A stretch of DNA of 27,130 nt from a virus. The translations under genes were made by a program, and so were the position numbers. The stretch spans positions 65,650 through 92,779 of IMG/VR virus record IMGVR_UViG_3300028024_000007. One strand, given 5' to 3'. Below, in pieces: positions 8,559 to 16,432 of this stretch (positions are counted from its first letter, which is position 1; every line of letters starts with the position of its first letter). The notes beneath the pieces were generated by a model that saw only the letters and a list, made by a program, of their open reading frames with translations, did not search any database and was not told where the DNA came from.

Positions 8559-10770
8559 CAACCTGTGGGCGGTCATCGAGGCCGCCACGGCGGAGGAGCT
8601 CGACTGGCTGGACGGCTACCTGACCGTCCCGGTGAAGGGCGCCGAGTACAGCGAAGCGTACGAGCGCGGCGTGTGGGACGGGTCGGTGAAGCTCCTGGAC
8701 CGGAAGCGGTCCCGGATCGCCTCCGGGCTCCTGCGCCTGGTGGCCGGCCGCGCGAAGGAGGCCGGGTTCGCCTTCGAGGTGAAGGACGTCAGGACCAAGC
8801 CGTTCTGGGTCGTCGACAACCGGTGGGAGCCAGACGCGATCCCCTGGCTCCGCGACTACCAGCGCGAGGCGCTGGGGGTCGTGCTCGGTCGCGGGCGGGG
8901 CATCGTCTCCATGCCGACCGGATGTTTGTCGGGCGACACGGAGATCGGGGCGTACCGGGCTGGTCGCAGCTTTCGGATCAAGATCCGGGATCTGGAGCGC
9001 GGACAGAACGGGCGCGGCCTGCGCCCGTGGACGCAGGATATCCAGACCAAGGTCCGGTGCCGAGAGGAGGACGGGTTCATCAGAGTTCGTTCGATGAAGG
9101 GGGTCTACCGTAGCGGCATCAAGACCACCTTCACCGTGGAGACGAAGGGCGGAAAAAAAATCCGCGCGACTGCAGACCATCGGTTCCTCACGGTCTCGGG
9201 ATGGGAGCGCCTGGGAGACCTGTCGCCCGGGATGCACGTGTTCGTGGAGAAGTCACGCGGAGGCGGAGGTAAGCCGAAGGGGAAGAAGAATTGGTACCAG
9301 CTCGTCGCCGGGCTTCGCGCGCACCCGTACGTTGGGCGGAAGGGCGTGAAACCCGGCAAGGGCGGGTGGAGTGTACCGAAGCACAGGCTCGTCGCGGAGG
9401 CGCGACTCAACGGACTCTCGTTCGAGAAGTTCGTCGGACTGGTCAGGCGTGGTCGCATCGCTGACCTGAAGTTCCTGGACCCGAAGGTCGTCTCCGTCCA
9501 CCACCGGGACGAGAACCCGCGCAACAACGAAGGCTGGAACCTGGATGTCATGCCGAAGGACGAGCATCACAGGGTTCACGGGAAACAGGGCGGATGGCAG
9601 CACGTCACGGCCTCAACGTTCCTGGACGAGATCGTCTCGATCGAACGGTTCGGAGAGGAGGAGACGTTCGACATCGAGATGGAGGCCGATCCGCGCAACT
9701 TCATCGCGAACGGGATCGTCGTTCACAATTCTGGAAAAACACAGGTGTTCTCCGCCCTCGGCGCGTGCGTGGGGATCCGCTGGCTCGTCCTGGTCGACAC
9801 GAAGGACCTGATGCACCAGGCGGCCGACCGCTTCTACCAGCTGACCGGCGAGCGCGCCGGCCTGGCGGGGGACGGCGAGTGGGAGCCGAGGCGGTACACC
9901 GTCGCGACCCTGCAGACCCTGCACAAGCACATGGGGGACAAGGGGCGCGTCGACCAGCTCCTGGCGTCGGCGCAGGGGATGATCGCGGACGAGGTCCAGG
10001 TCCTCTCGGCGACCGAGTTCCGCAAGGTGGCGGTGGCCACGGTGAACGCCTGGTGGCGGGTGGGGTTCTCCGCCACGCCGTTCGAGCGGTCCGACGAGGC
10101 GGACTACCGGGCGATCGAGGTGCTCGGGCCGCTCATCCACGACGTGATGCCGGGACCGCTCATCGCCGCCGGCTGGCTGGCCGAGCCGAGGATCTGGATG
10201 GTCCGGCACCAGCACCAGAAGATGACCGGGTCGTTCGCCGAGGTGTACGAGGCCGGGGTCACCCTGTGCGAGGGGCGCAACGCGCTGGTCAGGCGCATCG
10301 TCGCCGACCGCGACCTCTGCCCACGGCCGTCGATGCTGTTCTTCTCGAAGCTCGCCCACGGGCGGGCGCTCGACCGGTCGCTGAACCCGCTCGGGGTCCG
10401 CACCGTGTTCGTTGAGGGGGCCTCGAGCTCGCGGGCGCGGGACTCCGCCCGCCACCAGCTCCGCGTCCGCCTGCGCGACGTCCTGGTGACGTCCAAGGTG
10501 TTCAACAAGGGGATCGACATCCCCGAGGTCGAGGGGGGCGTGAACGCCGCCGCCGGCGACAGCCGGATCGACGCGCTCCAGAAGGTCGGCCGGCTCATGC
10601 GCGTGGTGGAGGGCAAGAACCGCGTCGTCCGGTACTTCGACTTCGACGACGTCGGGAACCGCTGGCTCGAGCAGCACTCCCGCCACCGCGCCGACGCGTT
10701 CCGATCTCGCGGGTACACCGTCCACCACGTGCGCCCGGAGGACCTGGGCGCGATCGCGAGGGCCGCGTGA
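8542..10770 (+). CDS. SF2 (UvsW/XPB-like) helicase containing an intein
   Basis: WDGSVKL, Q motif LRDYQREA, Walker A PTG/SGKT split by the intein, DEVQ, FSATP, KGIDIP, QKVGRLMR. Confidence 0.9.
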   Translation: MRLAADNLWAVIEAATAEELDWLDGYLTVPVKGAEYSEAYERGVWDGSVKLLDRKRSRIASGLLRLVAGRAKEAGFAFEVKDVRTKPFWVVDNRWEPDAIPWLRDYQREALGVVLGRGRGIVSMPTGCLSGDTEIGAYRAGRSFRIKIRDLERGQNGRGLRPWTQDIQTKVRCREEDGFIRVRSMKGVYRSGIKTTFTVETKGGKKIRATADHRFLTVSGWERLGDLSPGMHVFVEKSRGGGGKPKGKKNWYQLVAGLRAHPYVGRKGVKPGKGGWSVPKHRLVAEARLNGLSFEKFVGLVRRGRIADLKFLDPKVVSVHHRDENPRNNEGWNLDVMPKDEHHRVHGKQGGWQHVTASTFLDEIVSIERFGEEETFDIEMEADPRNFIANGIVVHNSGKTQVFSALGACVGIRWLVLVDTKDLMHQAADRFYQLTGERAGLAGDGEWEPRRYTVATLQTLHKHMGDKGRVDQLLASAQGMIADEVQVLSATEFRKVAVATVNAWWRVGFSATPFERSDEADYRAIEVLGPLIHDVMPGPLIAAGWLAEPRIWMVRHQHQKMTGSFAEVYEAGVTLCEGRNALVRRIVADRDLCPRPSMLFFSKLAHGRALDRSLNPLGVRTVFVEGASSSRARDSARHQLRVRLRDVLVTSKVFNKGIDIPEVEGGVNAAAGDSRIDALQKVGRLMRVVEGKNRVVRYFDFDDVGNRWLEQHSRHRADAFRSRGYTVHHVRPEDLGAIARAA
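8923..9729 (+). mobile_element. 269-aa intein with HNH homing endonuclease
   Basis: N-terminal CLSGDTEI, block B IRATADHRF, C-terminal NFIANGIVVHN followed by Ser+1; internal VHHRDENPRNN...NL...EHHRVH; AT-richer codons than the exteins. Confidence 0.93.
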
Positions 10771-11117
10771 GGTTCAACGTGGTGTTCAGCGTCTCGCCAG
10801 AGACGGCGGAGTACGAGCGCGAGTGGAAGTTCATCGCTTGCAACATCCCGAACAAGCTCCGAGAACCGAAGGCGCACGGAGCCCGCGGGTACGAAGCGTG
10901 GGAAGCCGGTGGTGGATATGCCTGGGAGGCGTTCGGTGGTGACCTACCGGGTGACCTATGGGAAGAGGGCGACGTGCCGGCCGACGTCGCCGCGGGCGGC
11001 AAGTTCGTCGCTCTCGTTGACGGCAGGACCTACCGGTCCGGGAATCCGCTCGACGGGTACGAGGTGGACGCGTACGTCGAGGTCAAGAGCTACCGGAAGA
11101 TCGGAGATGCAGCATGA
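10767..11117 (+). CDS. Hypothetical protein
   Basis: GTGA overlap; 116 aa. Confidence 0.7.
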   Translation: MRFNVVFSVSPETAEYEREWKFIACNIPNKLREPKAHGARGYEAWEAGGGYAWEAFGGDLPGDLWEEGDVPADVAAGGKFVALVDGRTYRSGNPLDGYEVDAYVEVKSYRKIGDAA

Positions 11118-11287
11118 CGAAGTGGATGGTGGTCGCCGGGGTCGCCCTGCTGGCACTGGCCGGGTGCGACGACGCCTGGCTGGCGTGCGCGACGCCGGTT
11201 CCGCCGCCGGACGGTGGCTACAGCGACGCACCGACCGAGGGCGGTACCGGAGGCGGTAAGTGCACGAACGCCGCGGACTGCCGCTGA
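11114..11287 (+). CDS. 57-aa lipoprotein (not in the ORF track)
   Basis: ATGA overlap; MTKWMVVAGVALLALAG-C lipobox; ends KCTNAADCR. Confidence 0.7.
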   Translation: MTKWMVVAGVALLALAGCDDAWLACATPVPPPDGGYSDAPTEGGTGGGKCTNAADCR

Positions 11288-11381
11288 GGGCGGGTGCCGA
11301 TTTAACGTGACGGGAAAGCGCGCCGGGGTATGTCGCCCCGGGGCGGAGTGGGAAGCAAACAACGAGACGGGGAGGTCGCAG

Positions 11382-12260
11382 ATGAAGATGTTCAAGGTGT
11401 TCTCGGTGGGCGTGATGCTGGTGGCGGTGGGGTGCGGCGGGGCGCCGCCCGAACCCGCGGGAGGGCCGGCGAAGGCGCCGCAGTCAGAGGCCGTGCCGAT
11501 CCCGTTCCCGCCCGGCATCGGGAACTGGACGGCGTACACCACGGTCCCGGGGCACCCGAAGGCGGAGGTGTCCGACCTCTACTCGTGCGGAGGGTGGTCG
11601 TACCGGATGTTCTTCTCCTGGAACCAGTACCGGGATGCGAGTTCCCCCACCGGGTCGTACGCGGACATCGGGCTGTCGACCCCCGACACCGTGGGGTCGA
11701 ACCACCAGGACGTCTCGGCCGACGTCTACCTGACGTGCTACGGGGGGATCCTGATCCAGGACTACGGGCAGCAGCCCGGCGGCAACCCGATCTACGGGAT
11801 GTTCTACGGATCTAACTGGGACCAGGGGAACTGGATCTCCTGCCAGCTGCACACGGTCTGGCCCGCGTCGTGGCACGCGCAGGATCCGATCACGACGGTG
11901 TACCTGCGGGCGTACTACTACACGCCGGCGCCGGTGGGCGCGTACGCCGACCCGACCGACCCCTACGGCAAGATCAACTTCTACCTGTCCTCCGGGAAGG
12001 CCGGCGGCACCCCGGGCAGCGGCTGGTGCGGCGACGGGTGGGTGCGCACCACCGTGCTCCCGCTGGACAAGGTATTCGAGACGTCCGCCACGCCCGCCAG
12101 CTGCCAGGACGCGGTCAACGTCGGCCTGATCAACTCGATGTCCTGCGGGTGCCCCAACGGGAACCTGAACGCTCCCAAGTGCGACTACTACCCGCCGCCG
12201 TGCGACAGCGTGCCGATCGACGGGTGCATGAACTTCCCGCCCAAGTCCGGGGGCGTCTGA
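11382..12260 (+). CDS. Cys/Tyr/Trp-rich lipoprotein
   Basis: GGAGGT RBS; MKMFKVFSVGVMLVAVG-C lipobox; Pro-rich linker; Cys-rich C-terminus. Confidence 0.8.
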   Translation: MKMFKVFSVGVMLVAVGCGGAPPEPAGGPAKAPQSEAVPIPFPPGIGNWTAYTTVPGHPKAEVSDLYSCGGWSYRMFFSWNQYRDASSPTGSYADIGLSTPDTVGSNHQDVSADVYLTCYGGILIQDYGQQPGGNPIYGMFYGSNWDQGNWISCQLHTVWPASWHAQDPITTVYLRAYYYTPAPVGAYADPTDPYGKINFYLSSGKAGGTPGSGWCGDGWVRTTVLPLDKVFETSATPASCQDAVNVGLINSMSCGCPNGNLNAPKCDYYPPPCDSVPIDGCMNFPPKSGGV

Positions 12261-12499
12261 TGGCGCGGGCGTGGTCGGACGTGAGCGAGGCGCAGCGAGC
12301 TGGGATCGAGGAGTGCCTCCGGGGCCTGCGCCGGCGGGCCCTGCCGAATCTCCTGGAGATGGTCACGGCCGACTGCGCCCACCTGGTGGCCGCGAACCGC
12401 ATCAGCCGGGAGGCCGTCGAGGCCGAGGCCCTGAAGGTGTCCAAGGTGGTCGAGGACGCCGTGGACGCCGCGCTCGAGCGGCTGGGGTTCCGGCCGTGA
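12260..12499 (+). CDS. Small hypothetical protein
   Basis: TGATG coupling; high GC3. Confidence 0.65.
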   Translation: MARAWSDVSEAQRAGIEECLRGLRRRALPNLLEMVTADCAHLVAANRISREAVEAEALKVSKVVEDAVDAALERLGFRP

Positions 12500-12702
12500 G
12501 GGGGTCGGCGGTCGTCTGGCACGCGAGCATGGACCTGTACCTCGACCACGTCCGGAGGTTCGGCCTCCCCGGTGGATTCGCCAGCGCGAGGGTGGACGCC
12601 ACCTGCACGTGCGACCCGACCCTCCCCGACCGGGCCTGCGACGTCGGGGAGGCGCTGTTCCGGGTCCGCGCCCGGGACATGGTCCGGAAGGGCGTCGCGT
12701 GA
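12496..12702 (+). CDS. Small hypothetical protein
   Basis: GTGA overlaps at both ends. Confidence 0.55.
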   Translation: MRGSAVVWHASMDLYLDHVRRFGLPGGFASARVDATCTCDPTLPDRACDVGEALFRVRARDMVRKGVA

Positions 12703-13277
12703 CCAAGCGCAGCGCGCGGGAGGAGCGCGAGCTGCACGAGTACATCGCCTCCGCGGTGGTCATGTCGCCGCAGCGCTGGAAAGACCCGCTCTGGCGCCCG
12801 AGCTACCGCGCGGTCCTGGTGGGCGAGGCGAACCCGCTGGGCGGTGACCCGCGCGCCGCCCTGTTCCCGAAGCCGATCGGGTCGGCCGGCTGGCGCCTCT
12901 GCCACAAGGTCCTCGGCCTCTCCCCGTTCGAGTACTGCGACCAGTTCCACCGGGTGAACCTCTGCCCGGTCGGCTGGTGCCTGGCGGACGCCCGGGTCCG
13001 GGCGGTTGAGGTCGCGGTGGAGGCGTACGCCCACGACTGGGATCCCTCCGCCTCCCCCGTCCCCCTGGTCCTCCTGGGCGCCAAGGTGGCCCAGGCGTTC
13101 CGGGTTCCCTACGAGCCGTTCACCGTGGGCTCATGGCTTGCGCCAGGCGGGGCGTTCTCTGTCCGGTACGCGTCCCTGCCCCACCCGAGCGGCCTCTGCC
13201 GCGCCTGGAACGTCTCCGGCGCCTACGAGCGCGCCCGGGGGCTCGTTCTGGGGCTGACGAAGCCGTCAAAGACCTGA
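12699..13277 (+). CDS. Uracil-DNA glycosylase superfamily-like protein
   Basis: Motif A-like VLVGEANP, central NLCP, LVLLGAKVAQAF, motif B-like LPHPSG..RAWN. Confidence 0.65.
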   Translation: MTKRSAREERELHEYIASAVVMSPQRWKDPLWRPSYRAVLVGEANPLGGDPRAALFPKPIGSAGWRLCHKVLGLSPFEYCDQFHRVNLCPVGWCLADARVRAVEVAVEAYAHDWDPSASPVPLVLLGAKVAQAFRVPYEPFTVGSWLAPGGAFSVRYASLPHPSGLCRAWNVSGAYERARGLVLGLTKPSKT

Positions 13278-13371
13278 TCGCTGTTTCCTTTTGGAAACGG
13301 TCGCGTTAATTTTCTCCCCGCTGGGGCTGACCTGGTCGGAAACCGGGTCGCCTAAACCGAAAGGAATCCCC

Positions 13372-13488
13372 ATGATTGAACCAAGGTCGCCTAGATCAAT
13401 CCGTCCCGCTCGTCTTTGGCCTTCAGCAAGCCGGGGGTTCCGCGGGACGGGGCGGGTTGTTCTAGCCGACTTTGGGGGCGGCCGGTGA
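13372..13488 (+). CDS. Possible 38-aa peptide
   Basis: AAAGGA RBS before ATG 13372; stop overlaps the next GTG. Confidence 0.35.
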   Translation: MIEPRSPRSIRPARLWPSASRGFRGTGRVVLADFGGGR

Positions 13489-13679
13489 GTGCGGTCGCCT
13501 CCGGGTGGGCCAAGAAGCGCGCTCGGATCCTGTCCCTCCATGGGAATTCCTGCACATGGTGCGGAGCGGTCGACACGAAGCTCCCGATCCCTCCCCAGGG
13601 ATGCTGGCTGCAGGTCGACCCTCGCGGACCGTCGGAGCGCGGCGTGGTCTGCGTTCGGTATTGCGGAGGTGGGATTTGA
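13485..13679 (+). CDS. Small Cys-containing protein resembling a degenerate HNH-nuclease N-terminus
   Basis: WAKKRARILSLHGNSCTWCG...LQVD...CVRYC; overlaps at both ends. Confidence 0.5.
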   Translation: MSAVASGWAKKRARILSLHGNSCTWCGAVDTKLPIPPQGCWLQVDPRGPSERGVVCVRYCGGGI

Positions 13680-14743
13680 GGTTCGGCTCCCTGTTCTCCG
13701 GGATCGGAGGTCTCGACCTGGCGCTCGAACACTTCGGCCACGCCCCCTTGTGGCAGGCCGAGCGAGACCCGTACGCGCGTAGCGTGCTGGCCCGTCACTG
13801 GCCCGAGGTCAGTTGCTTTCACGACGTGAAGGAGATCGATGGCCACGCCCCCCCCCCTGACATCATCTGCGGCGGTTTCCCCTGCCAGGACATCTCGAAT
13901 GCCGGCAAGCGCGTCGGCATCGACGGCGAGCGATCCGGCCTCTGGTCGGAGTTCGCTCGGATCGTTCGCGAGCTTCGACCGCGCATCGTCCTCGTGGAGA
14001 ACGTCGCAGCTCTCACTGTTCGGGGGCTCGATCGGGTTCTCGGAGATCTGGCCGCGCTCGGGTTCGATGCGGAATGGGACGTGCTTCGAGCGTCCGACGT
14101 CGGCGCGCCCCATCTCCGAGCGCGAATCTTCATTCTTGCCTACGCCGAGCGCGACGCCTTACGGTTCGAATCAGGGTGGCTCGGCGGGCAGGGTCGGGCC
14201 GACTCGTCTGAGTCTCGACTCGATGGCGGCGCAGGGGCTGTGGCTGACGCCCACGGCAGCGGACAGTCGCCGATCGAGCGGAACGTACGCGCGGGGGAGT
14301 CTGACGCTATCCGGTGCCGTACGGACTTGGCCGACTCCGACTCCGACGGCGGGGGACTCCAGAGCCAGCGGCGGGAGGAACACGACCGCAGCGAAGCCAG
14401 GCTCACGGACGCACGCGGGGACGTCGCTTACGGACGCCGTTGTTCGACAGAGCTGGCCGACACCGACGGCGCGGAACGGCGATCCGAAGCGGGGGATGCC
14501 GTCGGCGGAGCTCGCGCAACGGAGACTGGACGACGGGAAGCGCAACCTGGAGGACGCCATCGCGGTCTCCGGCGCTGGGGCAACTGGAGCGTTGAACCCG
14601 AGGTGGGTCGAGTGGCTCATGGGGTTCCCGGACGAGTGGACCGCCTGCGCTGCCTCGGAAACGCCGTCGTCTGGCAGCAAGCGGCGCTCGCGATCGAAGT
14701 CCTGACGGCGCGGGCACTGTCTGACGTCGGCGGTGCCGCATGA
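13676..14743 (+). CDS. DNA cytosine-C5 methyltransferase, large (alpha) polypeptide
   Basis: TTG start with GGAGGT RBS. Motifs: I FSGIGG, IV GGFPCQDIS, VI ENV, VIII PHLRARIF, X RLRCLGNAVV; motif IX is absent from this frame. Confidence 0.92.
   Translation: MRFGSLFSGIGGLDLALEHFGHAPLWQAERDPYARSVLARHWPEVSCFHDVKEIDGHAPPPDIICGGFPCQDISNAGKRVGIDGERSGLWSEFARIVRELRPRIVLVENVAALTVRGLDRVLGDLAALGFDAEWDVLRASDVGAPHLRARIFILAYAERDALRFESGWLGGQGRADSSESRLDGGAGAVADAHGSGQSPIERNVRAGESDAIRCRTDLADSDSDGGGLQSQRREEHDRSEARLTDARGDVAYGRRCSTELADTDGAERRSEAGDAVGGARATETGRREAQPGGRHRGLRRWGNWSVEPEVGRVAHGVPGRVDRLRCLGNAVVWQQAALAIEVLTARALSDVGGAA
13839..14705 (+). CDS. C5 methyltransferase small (beta) polypeptide, nested in the +1 frame
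   Basis: AAGGAG RBS at 13829-13834; carries motif IX-like LNPRWVEWLMGFPDEWT and four (W/L)(P/L)TP modules. Confidence 0.75.
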   Translation: MATPPPLTSSAAVSPARTSRMPASASASTASDPASGRSSLGSFASFDRASSSWRTSQLSLFGGSIGFSEIWPRSGSMRNGTCFERPTSARPISERESSFLPTPSATPYGSNQGGSAGRVGPTRLSLDSMAAQGLWLTPTAADSRRSSGTYARGSLTLSGAVRTWPTPTPTAGDSRASGGRNTTAAKPGSRTHAGTSLTDAVVRQSWPTPTARNGDPKRGMPSAELAQRRLDDGKRNLEDAIAVSGAGATGALNPRWVEWLMGFPDEWTACAASETPSSGSKRRSRSKS

Positions 14744-14859
14744 GCGCGCGCGTGTCATCGGGCGCCGGGTCCGAGCAGGTTGTGAGTACGCCGCGGGACT
14801 TCCCCGCTGGAGTCCCGGCGGCTGAAGTCTGGAAGCTGTCTCAGAGAGAGGCGTCATGA
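14740..14859 (+). CDS. 39-aa ORF linking the MTase and initiator genes
   Basis: ATGA overlaps at both ends; MSARVSSGAGSEQVVSTPRDFPAGVPAAEVWKLSQREAS. Confidence 0.4.
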   Translation: MSARVSSGAGSEQVVSTPRDFPAGVPAAEVWKLSQREAS

Positions 14860-15782
14860 AGTTCGCCGCCGTCTACCCGGCGACCCTGAATGCTCCGCCG
14901 TTCTCCGACGCCTCTCCGGCCGCGCTCGGCGCCTGGGTCCGTCTCGCGGCCGCCGCCGCGGTCGCCGAGTCTGACGAGCTCCTGCTGACTCCGACATCGT
15001 CCGAGCGGACGTTCCTCCTGGGCGCCGGGGTGACCCTGGCAGAGGTCCAGGTGGCGGTCCAGGCGGGCCTCTGCCGGTGGGTCGATGGCGGCCTTTTCGT
15101 AGAGGGCTACGACTACCGCGGGCAGAAGCGTGTCGAGTCGATGCGCTCGAATGGAGCCAAGAGCGGAGGTCGGCCGAAAAAGCCAACAGAATCGAAGGGT
15201 AAAAACCTGCCGGTTAACCAGCCGGGTAACCGGACTGAAACCCAGGCAAAAGCCCCTACCCTTCCTCTCCCTTCCCTTCCTTTCCAAACCAAACCAAACC
15301 CAGAGATCAGAATCAGAGAAGAACACGCGACCGAAACCGGTCGCGCTTCTCCGGTCCAGCAAACCCTGCTGTCTGTGCAATCCGGAGATCCCCGGACCCC
15401 GAAGGTTCCGCGCCCGCGCCGCGCCGCGCTGACCCCGGCCGGGGAGCCTGGTGTCCGCGAGGTGATCGGCTGGTTCTGCGATGCCTGGAAGGAGGCGAAC
15501 GGTGGGGCCCGCTACTGCCTGCTCCCGCGGGACGCCGGGCAGGCGAAGGCGATGGTATCCGGTCTACCTGCGGCGCTGATGGCTGAGCTCCCGGTGATGT
15601 TCCAGCGGTATATGCGCGACCGGGACCCGTTCGTGGAGAAGCAGGGGCGGAGCCTGGCGTTCTTTTGCACGAGCGGCGGGGTGAACAAATATCGGTCGGA
15701 GCGTCCCGCCGGCCAACACGCGAACGGGCACGTCAAGGCGACGTCCGACAAGGTCTTCGTGACCGGGAGGGTAGCGGTATGA
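14856..15782 (+). CDS. Phage replication initiator protein
   Basis: N-terminal helical domain, NGAKSGGRPKK, low-complexity linker LPLPSLPFQTKPNPEIRIREE, C-terminal domain; lies directly upstream of the DnaC-like gene. Confidence 0.7.
   Translation: MKFAAVYPATLNAPPFSDASPAALGAWVRLAAAAAVAESDELLLTPTSSERTFLLGAGVTLAEVQVAVQAGLCRWVDGGLFVEGYDYRGQKRVESMRSNGAKSGGRPKKPTESKGKNLPVNQPGNRTETQAKAPTLPLPSLPFQTKPNPEIRIREEHATETGRASPVQQTLLSVQSGDPRTPKVPRPRRAALTPAGEPGVREVIGWFCDAWKEANGGARYCLLPRDAGQAKAMVSGLPAALMAELPVMFQRYMRDRDPFVEKQGRSLAFFCTSGGVNKYRSERPAGQHANGHVKATSDKVFVTGRVAV
15204..15322. repeat. Iteron-like 12-bp repeats plus strand-asymmetric tract: candidate replication origin
   Basis: AACCTGCCGGTT / AACCAGCCGGGT / AACCGGACTGAA / ACCCAGGCAAAA, followed by a CT-rich run, (CCAAA)x3 and a purine-rich run. 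Confidence 0.55.
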
Positions 15783-16432
15783 GCAAACCAGAGATCGGGA
15801 AGGACGAGAAGATCGGGGACTACGTGAAGCGCCTGGAGGCGTGGGGGCTCACGCCAGAGGGCGCGGCGCACGCGTCGCTCGCCCTGCGCCTGCAGGAGGA
15901 GGCCAGGCGTGACGAGGACGCGCGGTGGCTCCGTGACCAGGCCTGCGTCCCGAGGTCGGTCCTGGAGATCTTGGTGAAGGAGGTCCGGGCTACGGAGCCG
16001 ATGGAGGTCGCGCGCCAGAACCAGGCGTGCAAGCTCCTGGTCCTGGCGGGGAAGGCTGGGGCCGGGAAGACCGTCGCGGCCTGCTGGCTGGTGGCCCAGC
16101 CGAAGACGAAGACGGCCCTGTTCGTGAAGGCGGCGCAGCTCGCGCGGTGGCAGCGGTACGACGAGGACGAGGTCGACCGACTCATCGACCCCGGGCTCCT
16201 GGTCATCGACGACCTGGGGGCCGAGTTCAACGACGAGCGCGGGTCGTTCCTGACCCTGCTCGACGAGGTCCTGGTCCGGCGGCTCGAGGAGAAGCGGCGG
16301 ACGGTCGTGACGACGAACCTGGACGCCGGGGAGTGGGAGGCGCGCTACGGGATCCGGATCCTCGACCGCATCCGCGAGTCGGGCGTGTTCTACCAGTTCG
16401 GCGGGCCGTCGCTCCGCGGGCGTGCGCTCTGA
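15779..16432 (+). CDS. DnaC/IstB-like AAA+ helicase loader
   Basis: Walker A GKAGAGKT, Walker B LLVIDDLG, VVTTNL, RILDRI. Confidence 0.88.
   Translation: MSKPEIGKDEKIGDYVKRLEAWGLTPEGAAHASLALRLQEEARRDEDARWLRDQACVPRSVLEILVKEVRATEPMEVARQNQACKLLVLAGKAGAGKTVAACWLVAQPKTKTALFVKAAQLARWQRYDEDEVDRLIDPGLLVIDDLGAEFNDERGSFLTLLDEVLVRRLEEKRRTVVTTNLDAGEWEARYGIRILDRIRESGVFYQFGGPSLRGRAL

Noticed and set aside
13340-13370. c-di-GMP-I riboswitch suggested by GCCTAAAC and GAAA loops
   Set aside because: The other conserved elements and their order do not match.
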